This document shows, piece after piece, positions 35,159-46,880 of a stretch of 64,000 bases of DNA (within the stretch, counting starts at the first letter, position 1; the number at the start of each line of letters is the position of its first letter). The position numbers and the translations under genes are program-made. Source of the stretch: Mayamaea pseudoterrestris (taxonomy: Eukaryota). Location: assembly GCA_027923505.1 (NCBI GenBank), contig BROI01000005.1, forward strand, positions 682,001 through 746,000, written 5' to 3'. Under the pieces are notes generated by a model, which ran no database searches, was not told where the DNA came from, and was given only the letters and a program-made list of their open reading frames with translations.

Positions 35159-36141
35159 ATGTCTTCCACAGCATTTATTAGCAGCAGCAACTACACTAAT
35201 CACAAATCACTCGCCGAGCTCGTGGATCGCTACGATGGCTTTATTCTCGATCAATTTGGCGTCATGCACAATGGTGCCAATGCACTCGACGGAGCCGTCG
35301 ATTGCGTCCGTCAACTTTGTCACGCACATGGAAAACGACTCGTCATTTTGTCGAACAGTTCCAGCTTAGCGCATGACGCATTGCATAAACTGTCAACGCT
35401 TGGTTTTGATGCAAACGATTTTTTGGGAGCTGTGACGAGTGGACAAGAGGCGAGTGAGTTTATTCGCGCCAGTAGGTTCAACAATATCAATCAATCTGCA
35501 CCTACGAAAGCACTTTTCTTCACATGGGAATCGTCCGCCTCCTTGGAGTTTCTGCAAGCTTGTGGAGACAACTTGGAAGCGACGGACAATGTCAGCGAAG
35601 CAGATTTCATACTGCTGCATGGCAGTCAAGTGCTCCGCGGACCGCAAGGCGAGCATGGCCAGGCGCAGATAACGCCGCTGGACTTTTTCGACGCGGGAAA
35701 CACGACAAAGTTAGAGCCAATTCTACAGCAATGTATGGAACGAAACTTGGAAATGGTTTGCTGCAACCCAGACTATGTTTACGTGAGCCCCGACGGAAGC
35801 ATCAAGCACATGCCGGGCACCATTGCCGACCTTTACCAAAACAAATACAATGGAACTGTCCACACGTTTGGCAAGCCGCACGTGCCCCACTTTGACGCCT
35901 GCGTGCGCTTGCTGAACCTTGGTTGCGATCGCATTGCTCACGTGGGCGACTCGCTGCATCATGACGTCAAGGGAGCCAACGCGGCGGGCATGGCGAGCAT
36001 TTTGTTGCCAGTGGCGTGCATCGTCAAGAGCTGGACCTGCAGGAGAATGATAACGTTTTGCCCAGTCGCAGCAAGTTGGATGCACTGTTCGCCAAGCATG
36101 GACAAACTCCGACGCATGTGGTGCCAATGTTTCAGTTCTGA
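35159..36141 (+). CDS. HAD-superfamily class IIA hydrolase (NagD/HDHD-like); apparent one-base frameshift at ~36000
   Basis: Motif I FILDQFGVMH, LVILSNSS, CCNPD, FGKPH, HVGDSLHHDVKGA. The family-like C-terminus FVASGVH..PTHVVPMF* is in another frame and ends at TGA 36139-36141. Confidence 0.82.
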
Positions 36142-36640
36142 TCGTAGTAGCTCCGCATCAATGACGAAAGGCTTGACAAGTACTGGTAGTCTCCACGTCC
36201 TTTGCAGACCGTCACGCAACCGAGCATAAACTGTATTCATTCTTTGGCATCGAGCCATGAGGCCATTTATCCTCTGCTGTAAGTTAGGCGACAGCTACTG
36301 CACGCGAGTTATCAAGCAAATCGATTTGCTGTTAATCGTATCAAAACACCTATGCTGCTATCTTCACTGAGCGTATTTTAAAAACAAGTACATTGCAGTG
36401 GTAGTCCCGCGGACGTGAGACTTGAGACTGATCTTTTGCGGGACTAGAACCTCGGTAACGTGTCATGGTGCGACATGAGTTTCGACGACAACTTGCAATT
36501 CGCCATGGTGAATGTGATGAGCGAAGCTTGCCATTGTGTTTACGTCTATACACAGACACAGCAGCGTCTTAAAGTACATGGAACGAAGACCTTGAAAGCA
36601 TAGCTGAAATTCGAAACTTGTAATTAGCTTTAAAATTACA

Positions 36641-38109
36641 ATGCGAGCATCAAACAAGCACCGAACAGTAACCAACAAAAATGACAGCAACTCTATTCAA
36701 TCAACGTCCTTTCTTCAGCGCTATATTCATCCTCTATATCAGCATTTGGCACTTGAATCACGCTATGATATTCCATTCATTGTGTTTCTGCTCATCATGG
36801 AAGTCACTATTGGTCGCTTCATCATTCGTCGAGTTCCCTACACGGAAATTGACTGGAAAGCCTACATGGAGCAAGTGGAAGCAACCCAAGCCGGAGAGCG
36901 CAACTATCTCAATATTCGCGGAAATACTGGACCATTGGTGTATCCTGCAGGGTTTCTGTGCTTGTTTGGTCTATTGCATGAATTGACGGACAATGGATCG
37001 GACATTGTCAAGGCGCAACACTTTTTTCTCGTCTTCTACATGCTTATGCAGTTGATCGTCTTGATGATCTTTCAGGAGCGAATATCAACTATTCGAAGGC
37101 AAGGGAATAAGCAGACTAGTTTGCATGCGTTCAGTATTGTCAATAACATCTGGTCGTGGCGCATTGCCATGGGAGTGCTGTGCCTATCCAAGCGTTTGCA
37201 CTCCATATTTTTGCTGCGCTTGTTCAACGACGGCCCAACCATGCTGCTGCTATATGCTTCCATTTTGCTCTTTCAAAAGCACTACTGGAGAATGGGATGC
37301 TTGATGTTTTCATTTGCAGTCAGCGTCAAGATGAATATCTTGCTATTTGCGCCAGGACTGTTGCTACTGCTGCTGCAGGCCTTGCCGGATTGGATGAGCG
37401 TCGTTCGAATGCTTGCGTTTTACTGCGCACTGCCGCAACTTGCACTGGGTGCACCCTTTTTGCTGGCGCATCCAGTGTCGTATTTGAGGAAGGCGTTTGA
37501 GTTTGACCGCACGTTCTTTTACGAGTGGACTGTCAACTGGAAGGTATGAGACGAAAGGTGTTTTCTTCCTTGACAGGTGGTGTACTAGCAGTGTACTTAC
37601 AATCCCGTCTTTTTCTCGTACAGTTCCTTCCGGAAAAAGTATTTGTCTCCAAGCGGCTTTCGCTTCTGCTGCTTGCGTTACATATCATTGGATTAATTGC
37701 TGGCGCAGTTGCTTGGGTCCGCTCGAGCCGGCGACAGGTGCCCCGAACCATCTTTTTGAAAGGAGTCTCACTTTCGCCACACTATATTGCTTACACGCTT
37801 CTCGCATCCAACTTTATCGGAATCGTTTTTGCTCGGACGCTCCATTACCAGTTTTACTCGTGGTACTTTCATGCGGTTCCCTACTTGTTGTGGACCGCGC
37901 TCACTCGACAAGCAAGGAATTTTTTACCCAAAATGGTCGCTTGCTTGGCTATACTTGTCGGAATAGAAGCTGCTTACTTGACGTTTCCCGCGACGCCGCA
38001 AAGCTCTGCTATGTTGCAGGTATGTCACCTGCTGGTGCTGTCCACCATACGACCGCCAAAAATAAGAGACGTTGAGGTATGTTCAGACGCAAAAGTCAAG
38101 TCAAGATAA
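36641..38109 (+). CDS. ALG3: Dol-P-Man:Man5GlcNAc2-PP-Dol alpha-1,3-mannosyltransferase; exons 36641-37543, 37624-38109
   Basis: VPYTEIDWKAYMEQV, GNTGPLVYPAGF, SKRLHSIFLLRLFND, SVKMN, WTVNWK-FLPE (intron 37544-37623), RTLHYQFYSWY. Confidence 0.95.
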
Positions 38110-38252
38110 TCAAATTGTACAAAGTGAATTTGTAAGACATGCTAGTTATACTTGCTTGATCGTGGTATATGGCAGTGCTATATGTGTAGTAAAGGACTTG
38201 TGAATTCAAGCTGTACTTACGCAGTGCAAGCTCATAGAAGACAGCCTGCCTA

Positions 38253-40054
38253 TTATGAAAGCTCCTCCACCGGAGTCTCATTTTGCCACATTTGATGAAG
38301 ATAATGAAAGAGACTGTCAGAGACAGACACCTTGTATGGTGTCGGATTAATGTATCGCAGAATATCTGGTCGAATCGTCTTGAGCTGCTCCTGGATCGCT
38401 GCCCGGGCCTCGGCGTTGGTTCGATTTGCACCAGGAACAACTTGGCCATTGTCAAAAACAAGAGTGTGCAAAGCTTCAACGCGCGATGGCGTGGCGGCTG
38501 CTCGCTTTTGGTCGATGAATGGGTGCCGACACAGGATTCGCTCGCCAGGCGCTGGTGGCGCCTCGCCTTGCGGAATCATGATATCCAGAATGGGCTCGTT
38601 TCGCACGCGACTGTACAGTCGGTACGCATTCTTTCGGCCAGGAATAAGTACCTTTTCTATATCTTGACTCAGTTTCATGCGCGGCTTGCCATCAATTTCA
38701 ACAAGCTTGTAGACACAACCAAGCGCAGGTTGAGCACGACAAGTCACCAGGTTTGTGCCAATCCCATAGTGAGTAATAGCATGATCCTGTTTGTTTAATC
38801 CATGCAACACCGCTTCGTCAATGTCATTGCTAGCAACAATGCTCAAGTCATTGAAAAAAGCATGCTCCTTGGCAAGCTCGGCCCAAATCATGGCACACTC
38901 CATTGACAAGTACGCCAAGTCGCCACTATCCAACCTTACGCCAACCGGCTTGTAACCCAGCAGGTCCAACGCCAGCGCCACGAGACAAAAGTTGAGCACA
39001 CCCGATCGCAACGTATCGTACGTGTCGACGAGGCACATTAAATTGTGCGGAAAGGCAACGCCGTACGCAATAAAGGCTGCCAGTTCTCCATCATGCGTAG
39101 AATTATACGCAACATTCGTCGCCGCCAACTGCATTCGAAAATTTTTCACAAGATCAAGTAAATTATGTTCCTCATTTGTCACCGCATGCTTGACTGTACA
39201 TTCCTTGACATCCTCCAGTTTGCTGTAGGCCTGCACAAAAGCGTGCGCATGCGTCCCCGTAATGTTTAGATTGAGTAGCTTGCCAGCCTGAACGTTGGAC
39301 GTACCGACAAAGCCGCCCATGACGGCATATTTGCTGGCACTAAAGCCGCCGTCCGGCCCTTGGGCGCGTCGAAGACCAAACTCGAAACATTGGGGAGTCT
39401 TGGAGCATTGTGCCGGTAAGTGAATGCTATTGGATAACGATGACGACGACGAGGCAGCTGCTGCTGCAACTTGCGCCGACACGCCATGCGTCTTGTCCTC
39501 GGCCGCGCGCACCATGCGCGCCGCGTTGGTCACCAGCAGCGACGGATAGTTGACCAGTGTCAGTAGCGTCGTTTCCAGCAGCTGCCCAATGACGAGTGGC
39601 GCTTCCACAACAATGAGTGGAACGCGCGGAAAAACCACCGTGCCATCCTTGAGTGCGTACACTTTCACTTGCGATGTGTTTAGTTCAAGTAGCCAGTCAA
39701 AAAATGCGGGCTCGCAGTCCTGCATGGAAGGAACGCTCTGCAAATATTCAACATCGGATTGGGAAAAGGAAAAGTGGTAAATGTGCTTGAGGCATTCGTC
39801 AAGGCCGGCAAAAATGGTGTATTCGCCGCCAAATGGATTCTTGCCTGAGAAATAAAGAGACAATATGATGCATGAGACGAATATGAAAGCAATTACTAAA
39901 TAATTTCGGCAAAAAACTTACGAAAAAAGAGTTCAAAGACGGCTGGATCTTGGTGTCGTCCGTTCTTCCAGTGCGCGTACGCCATGGTAATTTGGTAAAG
40001 GTCCGTCAGCATGGCCGTCACGAGCGTATTCGTTGGTCGAGGAACGGTTTCCAT
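38253..40054 (-). CDS. NAPRT: Nicotinate phosphoribosyltransferase; exons 40054-39922, 39844-38253
   Basis: An upstream exon missing from the ORF track encodes [22 protein letters not shown] and is joined by intron 39921-39845 to [31 protein letters not shown] and ASNDI motifs present. Confidence 0.95.
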
Positions 40055-40561
40055 GGCGATTGCTGTATATGCGATATAAATACTAAAGACGAGTGATACG
40101 TGATGGATTCAAAATGGCGAGCTGCAGCTGCCATGGTGGTGGGTTGCATCAAAAGTTCGGAAGATCCAAGTCGCGGAAGGGTGTGACAACTTTTCAGTCA
40201 CGCTGGTGTCACGCGCAAAACCACTACGACGCGTCAGCTATCTTCCCTTGCAATTGAGCACGCTGCTACTGATACCCTAGATATGTAAGGCATCTAGTGC
40301 TAAATTTAACACTACATTTAAAAATTATTGACGCCACTTCTTATGACGCTTGACTCGAAATCGCTACCGCTCCTTCGATTCTGTCGTTTCATACACATAC
40401 GTACAGCTCGCGTCAAAAATCAGCACCCACTCTTATTTTACCGGCTTGTTCGTGCTTGTCAAGAACTATGAATCACGTCCTGCGACGAGGAAGCACTTTC
40501 AAGAGCGAGCGCATTCAGCAGCCAGCGGCCGCTTCTGCGTCGAGAGATGAACAACGGTCAT

Positions 40562-41821
40562 TCAGCAACCGTACCGCTCCTTGCAAAAGTCGGGTAGGAA
40601 AGGACATAAATCCTTAGCTGCAACACTTTCGACAGACAGTGTTCCATCGCCATGAAAATCAACGTGCTCCTCCTCATTTTCGTCAAGCCGGACGGTGAGA
40701 ATGACTTGCACATTGCCAAACCCATGCTCCACCAGCATGCTTCTCGCTGCAGCAAAGGGAACGTGCGGAATGCCAAACTGATCCACCTGGACAATCGCCA
40801 GTACCTGTAGCGGCGGTTGCATTGTATTCGTTGTTGAGTCTCGACTTGTATTGCCACTAATCCTGAAGTCACGGCAGTGCGCCTTATACAATCCCAGTAA
40901 CTGACAAACGGCATCCTGCGTGGATCCATACTCGAGTGCCTTGAGTTGCGGCGCTTGCATGTAGCCAATCTTGTCGTCGTGACGAACCACCATGGCGGCG
41001 CCGTATCGAATTGGATGAAGAACGTCGCGATCGTCCGCCAACGCCGCTTGGTGAGCGGCAGTTACTAGCCGAAGTACTTGGTCATTGAATAGAATTCCAG
41101 GAATGGAGAATTTGGCTAGTAGTTTCTCCACGAGTCGCTCATGATTCTGGCCAACCGATACTTGTTGCTGCGCCGATAGTCCAGAGTACAGGCTAGGGAA
41201 TGGATGCATCTCCTTTAACTTGACAATCCACGGCGCAAACGTTTCGTCCCTCGACTGCATGACAATGACTGTGTCAGGCGTAGTTGCTGGATGACCATAC
41301 AAGTATTCTCGACAAAGAGTGCCGGGTGGAATGGGCGCGTCCGCGTCCGTGACAATGTACACTTTTTGAATGGTTTGCTTGGTAAACTGCATGCGATAAA
41401 AGAGTAGGGCGGCGCGTTCGGCGCAAATGGCGCCTCCAATGTTTGGCGCGCACTCGTCGTTGGTGCCAACAATCACGGATCCATTCTTTAATAGCAGTAT
41501 GCAAACGACGCGAAAGTTGGATTGAATGGGTGGGGCGAGTGATAATCGAATCTGATGAGCACACTTGAGGTAGTAGGTGTCATCATAGATCTTTTTCTTT
41601 CCAATCGATAGGATACTAGGAATCTTCTGCTTATTTTGAACATCTTGACTACCATTCGTCAACTGGATATCCTTTTCTTCCGATGGTTGAAGAGAGGTCG
41701 GATCAGATTTGTTCTGTGGAAAATCAGGAGGAGCGAAGGAGGCAATGACTAGAATGCCAAAGGAAACGGACGTCGCAAACAGACAAGCTGCAGCGAGCAC
41801 CGCCTTTCTATCCTCGTTCAT
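40562..41821 (-). CDS. Cytidine deaminase-like protein with two deaminase-fold domains and an N-terminal membrane helix
   Basis: SNFRVVCILL..G..IVGTNDE....GGAICAERAAL and PPGTLCREYL; the second domain has RYGAA..ALEYGSTQDAV..VPFAAARSML. Confidence 0.75.
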   Translation of the reverse strand: MNEDRKAVLAAACLFATSVSFGILVIASFAPPDFPQNKSDPTSLQPSEEKDIQLTNGSQDVQNKQKIPSILSIGKKKIYDDTYYLKCAHQIRLSLAPPIQSNFRVVCILLLKNGSVIVGTNDECAPNIGGAICAERAALLFYRMQFTKQTIQKVYIVTDADAPIPPGTLCREYLYGHPATTPDTVIVMQSRDETFAPWIVKLKEMHPFPSLYSGLSAQQQVSVGQNHERLVEKLLAKFSIPGILFNDQVLRLVTAAHQAALADDRDVLHPIRYGAAMVVRHDDKIGYMQAPQLKALEYGSTQDAVCQLLGLYKAHCRDFRISGNTSRDSTTNTMQPPLQVLAIVQVDQFGIPHVPFAAARSMLVEHGFGNVQVILTVRLDENEEEHVDFHGDGTLSVESVAAKDLCPFLPDFCKERYGC

Positions 41822-42118
41822 GCCTTGTCAAAGCAATCAGAACGACTGTAGGCTCATTTTGATGGATAGGACGGCATGCAGCACACACATTCATGGCGAA
41901 CATGGAAAACGGCGCAGGCGCGAGAGAGGCGCGCGCAAATTTGCAAAACCGGTGTGACTTCAAACAATGTTTCTCATTGGTTAAAAATGTCGCAGCGACA
42001 CCAATGCGAAGAAAGCGTTCCGTTCCATTCATTCTCCTTCCATCATCCATCATCCGACTGCGTTTCCGTCGATACCTCACTTCCTCTGCTGTTTGTTCCA
42101 TATATAACCAGCTGCAAC

Positions 42119-42361
42119 ATGCAGACAATCGCATCCAACAATACGGCCCCGCATATGGAGAGACTTCGCGATGGACCATGCAGCGACATTTTTGCAGAGC
42201 TTCAAGCCTGCCAATCGACGCATCCACTGCTTCTGCAGCAACAGCAACGACGCACCGTTAGCAACCGAAACGTCTTGTCGGCTTGCGTTAATGAGACAGA
42301 TCTTTTGATCAAGTGTATCAAGAAGCATCCGGCATACTTTCTTGCGAATGCTGCGAAGTGA
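42119..42361 (+). CDS. Small twin-Cx9C (CHCH/GCK/Mia40-like) protein, 80 aa
   Basis: GPC-SDIFAELQA-C and C-VNETDLLIK-C followed by IKKHPAYF; ATG at 42119 just after tatataa. Confidence 0.72.
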   Translation: MQTIASNNTAPHMERLRDGPCSDIFAELQACQSTHPLLLQQQQRRTVSNRNVLSACVNETDLLIKCIKKHPAYFLANAAK

Positions 42362-42767
42362 ATGGTGCAGTGGTTTGCAAGTCATTGACAGTCAAGAGAT
42401 GGAGGACGGCGAATGCACACGACACACGATGCATACCATTATCGGTGCATGGGCTGAGCAGTAGCTGGTTCTAAGAGTAGCTGATGAACTGTACCGAACA
42501 TGCTTAACATTCAGTTTGAAGGATGGATGGTAGAGATTGACCATGTCTTGCAAAATGCTTGTGGCAGTTTACGGCAAGCCACGGTCCGTTTGATGGGCTA
42601 TCCGCAAAACTTTGCTTCTATTAAAACGTATGAACCATAAGGCCCATGCGGACGCACTGATTACGATTTACGATACAAAGGTGCAGCACCTTTTGTACTC
42701 GAGATCTCGACATTCGGCATTACCTCAAGCATGGTACCAGATTCGAAAAGCAATTAAATAAAAAGCT

Positions 42768-44335
42768 TTAAAGTCGTACGGCATGCCCTTGGATAAGAGC
42801 TTGCAAGTTCCATTCATTGTTTCGTAGAAACTCGAAAAAGATATCCACATCAATGTTGGGCGACCCAAAAGCAAACGCAAAACCTGGCTTGACATGGCCT
42901 GGTCATTCTGCAAAGGCATGCGCCGGAGCAAAGACCGAACAAAAACCCTTTGCCGATTAATCGCAATAAGATGAGCCGCCTGCTCGAATGACTGAGCGAA
43001 AGCTATCCGCGCTAAACCATCTAACTCCAACTCCACCACGGACGATTCCATAGAGCCCAGAGCACTTAAAAGAGAGTTGAGCGAAGACAAGGGCCCAGTA
43101 GGTGTGTGATGAGACAAGAAGGTGAGCTTGTGTAGCGACCTGTTCTGATTCACGCATGCTGCGATTGCCTGGTCAAGCGAATCAGACCATGTGTCAGTAA
43201 CCACTTTCATCTCGCGGATTTTCCACCGACGAGCTTCGTTCAACAGGATCAACTGGAACTCAGCATTGTTTTCATAAAATGCCAGCATCTGAATAACAGT
43301 ACCTTCTGCAATCTCCATACATACGCGATGTTCAAATATATTGCTCGTGACGGGAGAAGGCGTAAATGCTAGCGTCATGCCACGTGAGGTGCGCTGAAGC
43401 ACCATGTTTTTCATGCACACGAATCGAGCATCTGACGCAATGACAGCCGGAGCAATGATGTTTGCGGCAATATGCGTGTCAATGGTAACGCTGCCAAGGT
43501 AAAGGTCTTGAAGTGCGCGGTTTTCAAACAACCGTCGCAGTGCGTGTGCGTCAGCTTGCGTTGATATAATTATTCGACCAAGCTGCTCATCATCATCTTC
43601 ACGATGATGATGCTGCTGCTGCTGCGGATCAAGAGACATGCAGACTCCGAACATTTTTGGAAGTTCTGATAGTGCGCTGCAAATTGTTTGAAACGCGCCC
43701 ATGGGAAGTCTTACGAGCTTGGCCTTTCTCAGCGCCTGCAACCCCATCAGAGCCTCTCTCACAGGCTGCAGATTCTCATCATTGAACCTGTCTTCTCCCC
43801 ACTCAAATTGCAATTCTAAACTGGACATGTGCTGGAAAGACTGCAGTGCCAGAGAAACCATCTGCATTGACGCTGGCAGCAGAGGGATCCTTGCAATTTC
43901 AATATGATTGATCAGCTCATGCGTCATATTGTAGGCACGAAAGGCATTTCTGATCTCAGAGACTACGGCTTCGAAATTCGGAATAAGTTTCACGCTCTCG
44001 AGTGCTGCAACGTTTTGCTCAAAACCTTGTACTTTAATAAATGCTTTCGTGCATGGTGCTCCGTTTCGCACGGAATCTGCAGTGGCTGCCATGGCTCGAG
44101 CAATATGCTTTCGACGAACTCGTTCAGAAACAGTAGCAAGCGCCACAAACACCCGCGCATCGATTTCAAGCATGCTTATGTGGCCATTGATTGGTGCATC
44201 ATAATCAAAGGCAATCTTGTTGACCTCCCATTCATTCAGTATTCTTCGCGCTCGAGATTTGAGTCGTTGACGAAGAATAAAGTGAGACAAGTTTAATGTC
44301 CAAAGGCGACGAGGAGCATCAGCAGGACCTTCCAT
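42768..44335 (-). CDS. Divergent RNI-like/leucine-rich-repeat-like protein; possible one-base frameshift near 42860
   Basis: LRR-like segments (MSSLELQF, LRKAKLVRL, LQDLYLGSV, NRSLHKLTF, VVELELDGL). An alternative frame gives NIDVDIFFEFLRNNEWNLQALIQGHAVRL* ending at 42768. Confidence 0.6.
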
Positions 44336-44779
44336 GGCGTTTAGGTTAAAGTTGTTTGTGTAAATTAACGAACACGAGGGGAGAGTATGTGCAAGTTGTA
44401 TCTTGTTATTGCCATGCTCTCATCGTTGTCGATGATCGCGTCGCGCGTCAAATAATACCGGTAGGGGCCGCTGCGACGCCTGTGCGACGTTCAGCTAACC
44501 ATGGTTTACCTGGAGCGCTTTATCTCTCTCACCCCTCTTTATGCGCTGCCTTCAATGATGATGGATACTGACTTCTGGGTATGATATGATAGTAGAATTA
44601 CTCTAGTTCATACCTTGTACACCTTTAGAAACTAAATATGGCGGCGACGAAACAAGATGTTGAGTGACGTCAGCAAGATCCAGCGAAGAATCGCGAGGTT
44701 CACCATGACGCTGCTGCTGAATCTCAGAGCGTCACCTTTCGTCGTACGAACACTGCTCTTTGACATTGATTTGATAAGA

Positions 44780-45412
44780 ATGGCAAGAGGAATAATATAT
44801 CTGCTCTTATTGACAGCGCTAAATCTTAGCTGTCAGGGCTTTCAACCTATTTTCTCGTCGGCATTGAAAACGCCAAGCCGACCTTCATCTTGTCAGCATC
44901 ATGCGTCTCGGCCTACCTTTCTCCGCAGTTCGACAAACAATGACGATGATGATCAGCAACCTCTAGAAAGCAGCGATCCAGCAAGGAAAGAATCAACTGA
45001 TAGCGAATCTTTAACAGTACCTCCATCGCAGCAGCAACCAGAACGAGTGCAGCGCCGGTCACTCGATCCATTGGTCGCCTCCTTGACGCGCATGGACGAC
45101 GAAACAGTCAACGCCAAGCGCACGCAAATTCCTCTCTGGGGCGAATTGATACTAGACAAGTCACTCATGGTGTTTCTGCCAGTGGCGGCCTTTGCCATAC
45201 TTGGCTTTGCCTTGAGTGTGTACTTGTTGATCAACTCGCAGGATGTTATTGTAGATACCTTGACGGATGTGACGTCGTCGTCGTCCGACTATTTAAAGGG
45301 AGTTGAGGCACCTATTGATGATGGAACTTGTCGCGGTCTCTGTGGATCGCAGCAGGAGAGTTTGGAGTCGCTGCGAGGGTTCATGACGGGTCTTGGAGGT
45401 GGAGCAAAGTAG
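44780..45412 (+). CDS. Plastid-targeted single-pass membrane protein of unknown function
   Basis: Signal peptide followed by CQG-FQP and a Ser-rich transit peptide; one TM helix; C-terminal CRGLC motif. Confidence 0.7.
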   Translation: MARGIIYLLLLTALNLSCQGFQPIFSSALKTPSRPSSCQHHASRPTFLRSSTNNDDDDQQPLESSDPARKESTDSESLTVPPSQQQPERVQRRSLDPLVASLTRMDDETVNAKRTQIPLWGELILDKSLMVFLPVAAFAILGFALSVYLLINSQDVIVDTLTDVTSSSSDYLKGVEAPIDDGTCRGLCGSQQESLESLRGFMTGLGGGAK

Positions 45413-45646
45413 AGGAATTGCGTCGGCAATGTGTCGACGAGCTACTGGTACATGCCATGCAAACATGCAAAACAAGCCAATTACAAAAAATAAGATACAG
45501 GTTCATTAACATAATCTTTACAAATTAAACCGTTTGTGAAAACGTTACAAAACGATTACTGCATGCCGCATCTTCATCATCCATTCCCAGGCAACAAATG
45601 AATTCAACTCCATCCCACTATCATACTCGTTCCATGATCCACTTCA

Positions 45647-46204
45647 TTAGACTCCTTCTTCACAAACATACACAGGCTGACTTCGAAAGAACAAGAATTT
45701 AGTCCTCGAGTATTCCTGACAGTTTCGCTTGCAGAAGCGGCGATAGGTGCGACGCAGGAGCGCGCGGTTGGGATTCTCACAGTAGCTAGAGGCAAGCACT
45801 CCCCTGTAGCAGGCATCCTGGTCGCGCAGGTAGAGTCCGCAGCTGCAGCGCTGCTTGACGCGATCCAAGCAGCGCACGGCGTCGGCGTCCAAGTCGTCGC
45901 GAACGTTGTTGTTGCCGGTGGATGGCATGCGGGTGCGCGAGGATGGAGCGCGGGCTGGAGGTTTGACGGCGTTGGGACTGGCATTAGGAGGCACGCCCGT
46001 GGGAGCAACGACGGGAGCAGCGACGGGGGCTACCACTGGAGCGGTTGGTGCAACTGGGCCCTTGGCAGCGGACGGTGGAGCGCTTGGAGCACGTGATGGT
46101 GTTCTTGAAGGAGTTCTTGATGGAACTTGCGATGGCGCCGGCGATTGGGCACTGGCTAGGGCCAAGACCAGCAAGGCGCAAAGGCACTGGAGAAAGGAAG
46201 GCAT
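45647..46204 (-). CDS. Small secreted protein with Ala/Pro/Ser/Thr-rich stalk and Cys-rich C-terminal domain
   Basis: Signal peptide MPSFLQCLCALLVLALASA-Q; PSRT and VAP repeats; C..CSC..C..C..C...C domain. The exact C-terminus is uncertain. Confidence 0.75.
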   Translation of the reverse strand: MPSFLQCLCALLVLALASAQSPAPSQVPSRTPSRTPSRAPSAPPSAAKGPVAPTAPVVAPVAAPVVAPTGVPPNASPNAVKPPARAPSSRTRMPSTGNNNVRDDLDADAVRCLDRVKQRCSCGLYLRDQDACYRGVLASSYCENPNRALLRRTYRRFCKRNCQEYSRTKFLFFRSQPVYVCEEGV

Positions 46205-46880
46205 GCTTGATGAGGAGATGAATGAGTTGCAGCGCTCGCAAGTCAAGAGCTTCGAACCAAAAGCCTTCACCGGGTGGTGCATTGCCTGCATCGGTGGCAA
46301 TCCTTTCTTCCAAATCGTTCGTGGCCAAGTTTTCGCACGACCCGTAGCAATAGTACTGAATCCTACGCACGCACGCAGGCCGATGCTGTTTAACCACTCA
46401 GTTTTTTGGCGCGCCAGCCGATTACCAACAGTCGTATGAAACAATGAAAAGTCCAACTGTGAATAGATCTCATTGGTTCATTTAGTTTTCATGACAGAAT
46501 TAGTTGCCTGCGCTTGCAAGAGTGCCACTTGGAAGGATCGACACGTCTGGCCATCACCGGCCATGCAACTTCCACGTTGCGCGTCTTCCAAGCCGCTCGT
46601 CTGGCCTGTTTCGCCAAGGGGGATTCACACATCTTTGTTGCACCAAGCAGAGACTGCGGAAGCAATTTGACAAGTAGAAGAACAAGTTAACGAAGTTATA
46701 GAATCATCATCATGTTTTGGAGCAGACTAGCAGTTGCGGCTTGTAAGTTTGGATATAGTCCTGAATTTGGGATGATGGATGCGACCGCGCAGCATGCATG
46801 CAAAATGACCGTTGCATTCGATGAAACAAGCAGTCTGACGCTTTGAATCGAGCATAAAATGACGACCAAAGCAATCGCTC

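Noticed and set aside
35159..41821. Apparent nucleotide/NAD salvage cluster (HAD phosphatase, NAPRT, deaminase)
   Set aside because: Mixed orientation, ALG3 lies in between, and I saw no shared regulatory sequence; compatible with chance in a compact genome.
45695..45715. Possible third frameshift giving an earlier stop (..CQEY-x-ED*) in the small secreted protein
   Set aside because: No homolog-based expectation for the C-terminus, so it cannot be supported from the sequence alone.
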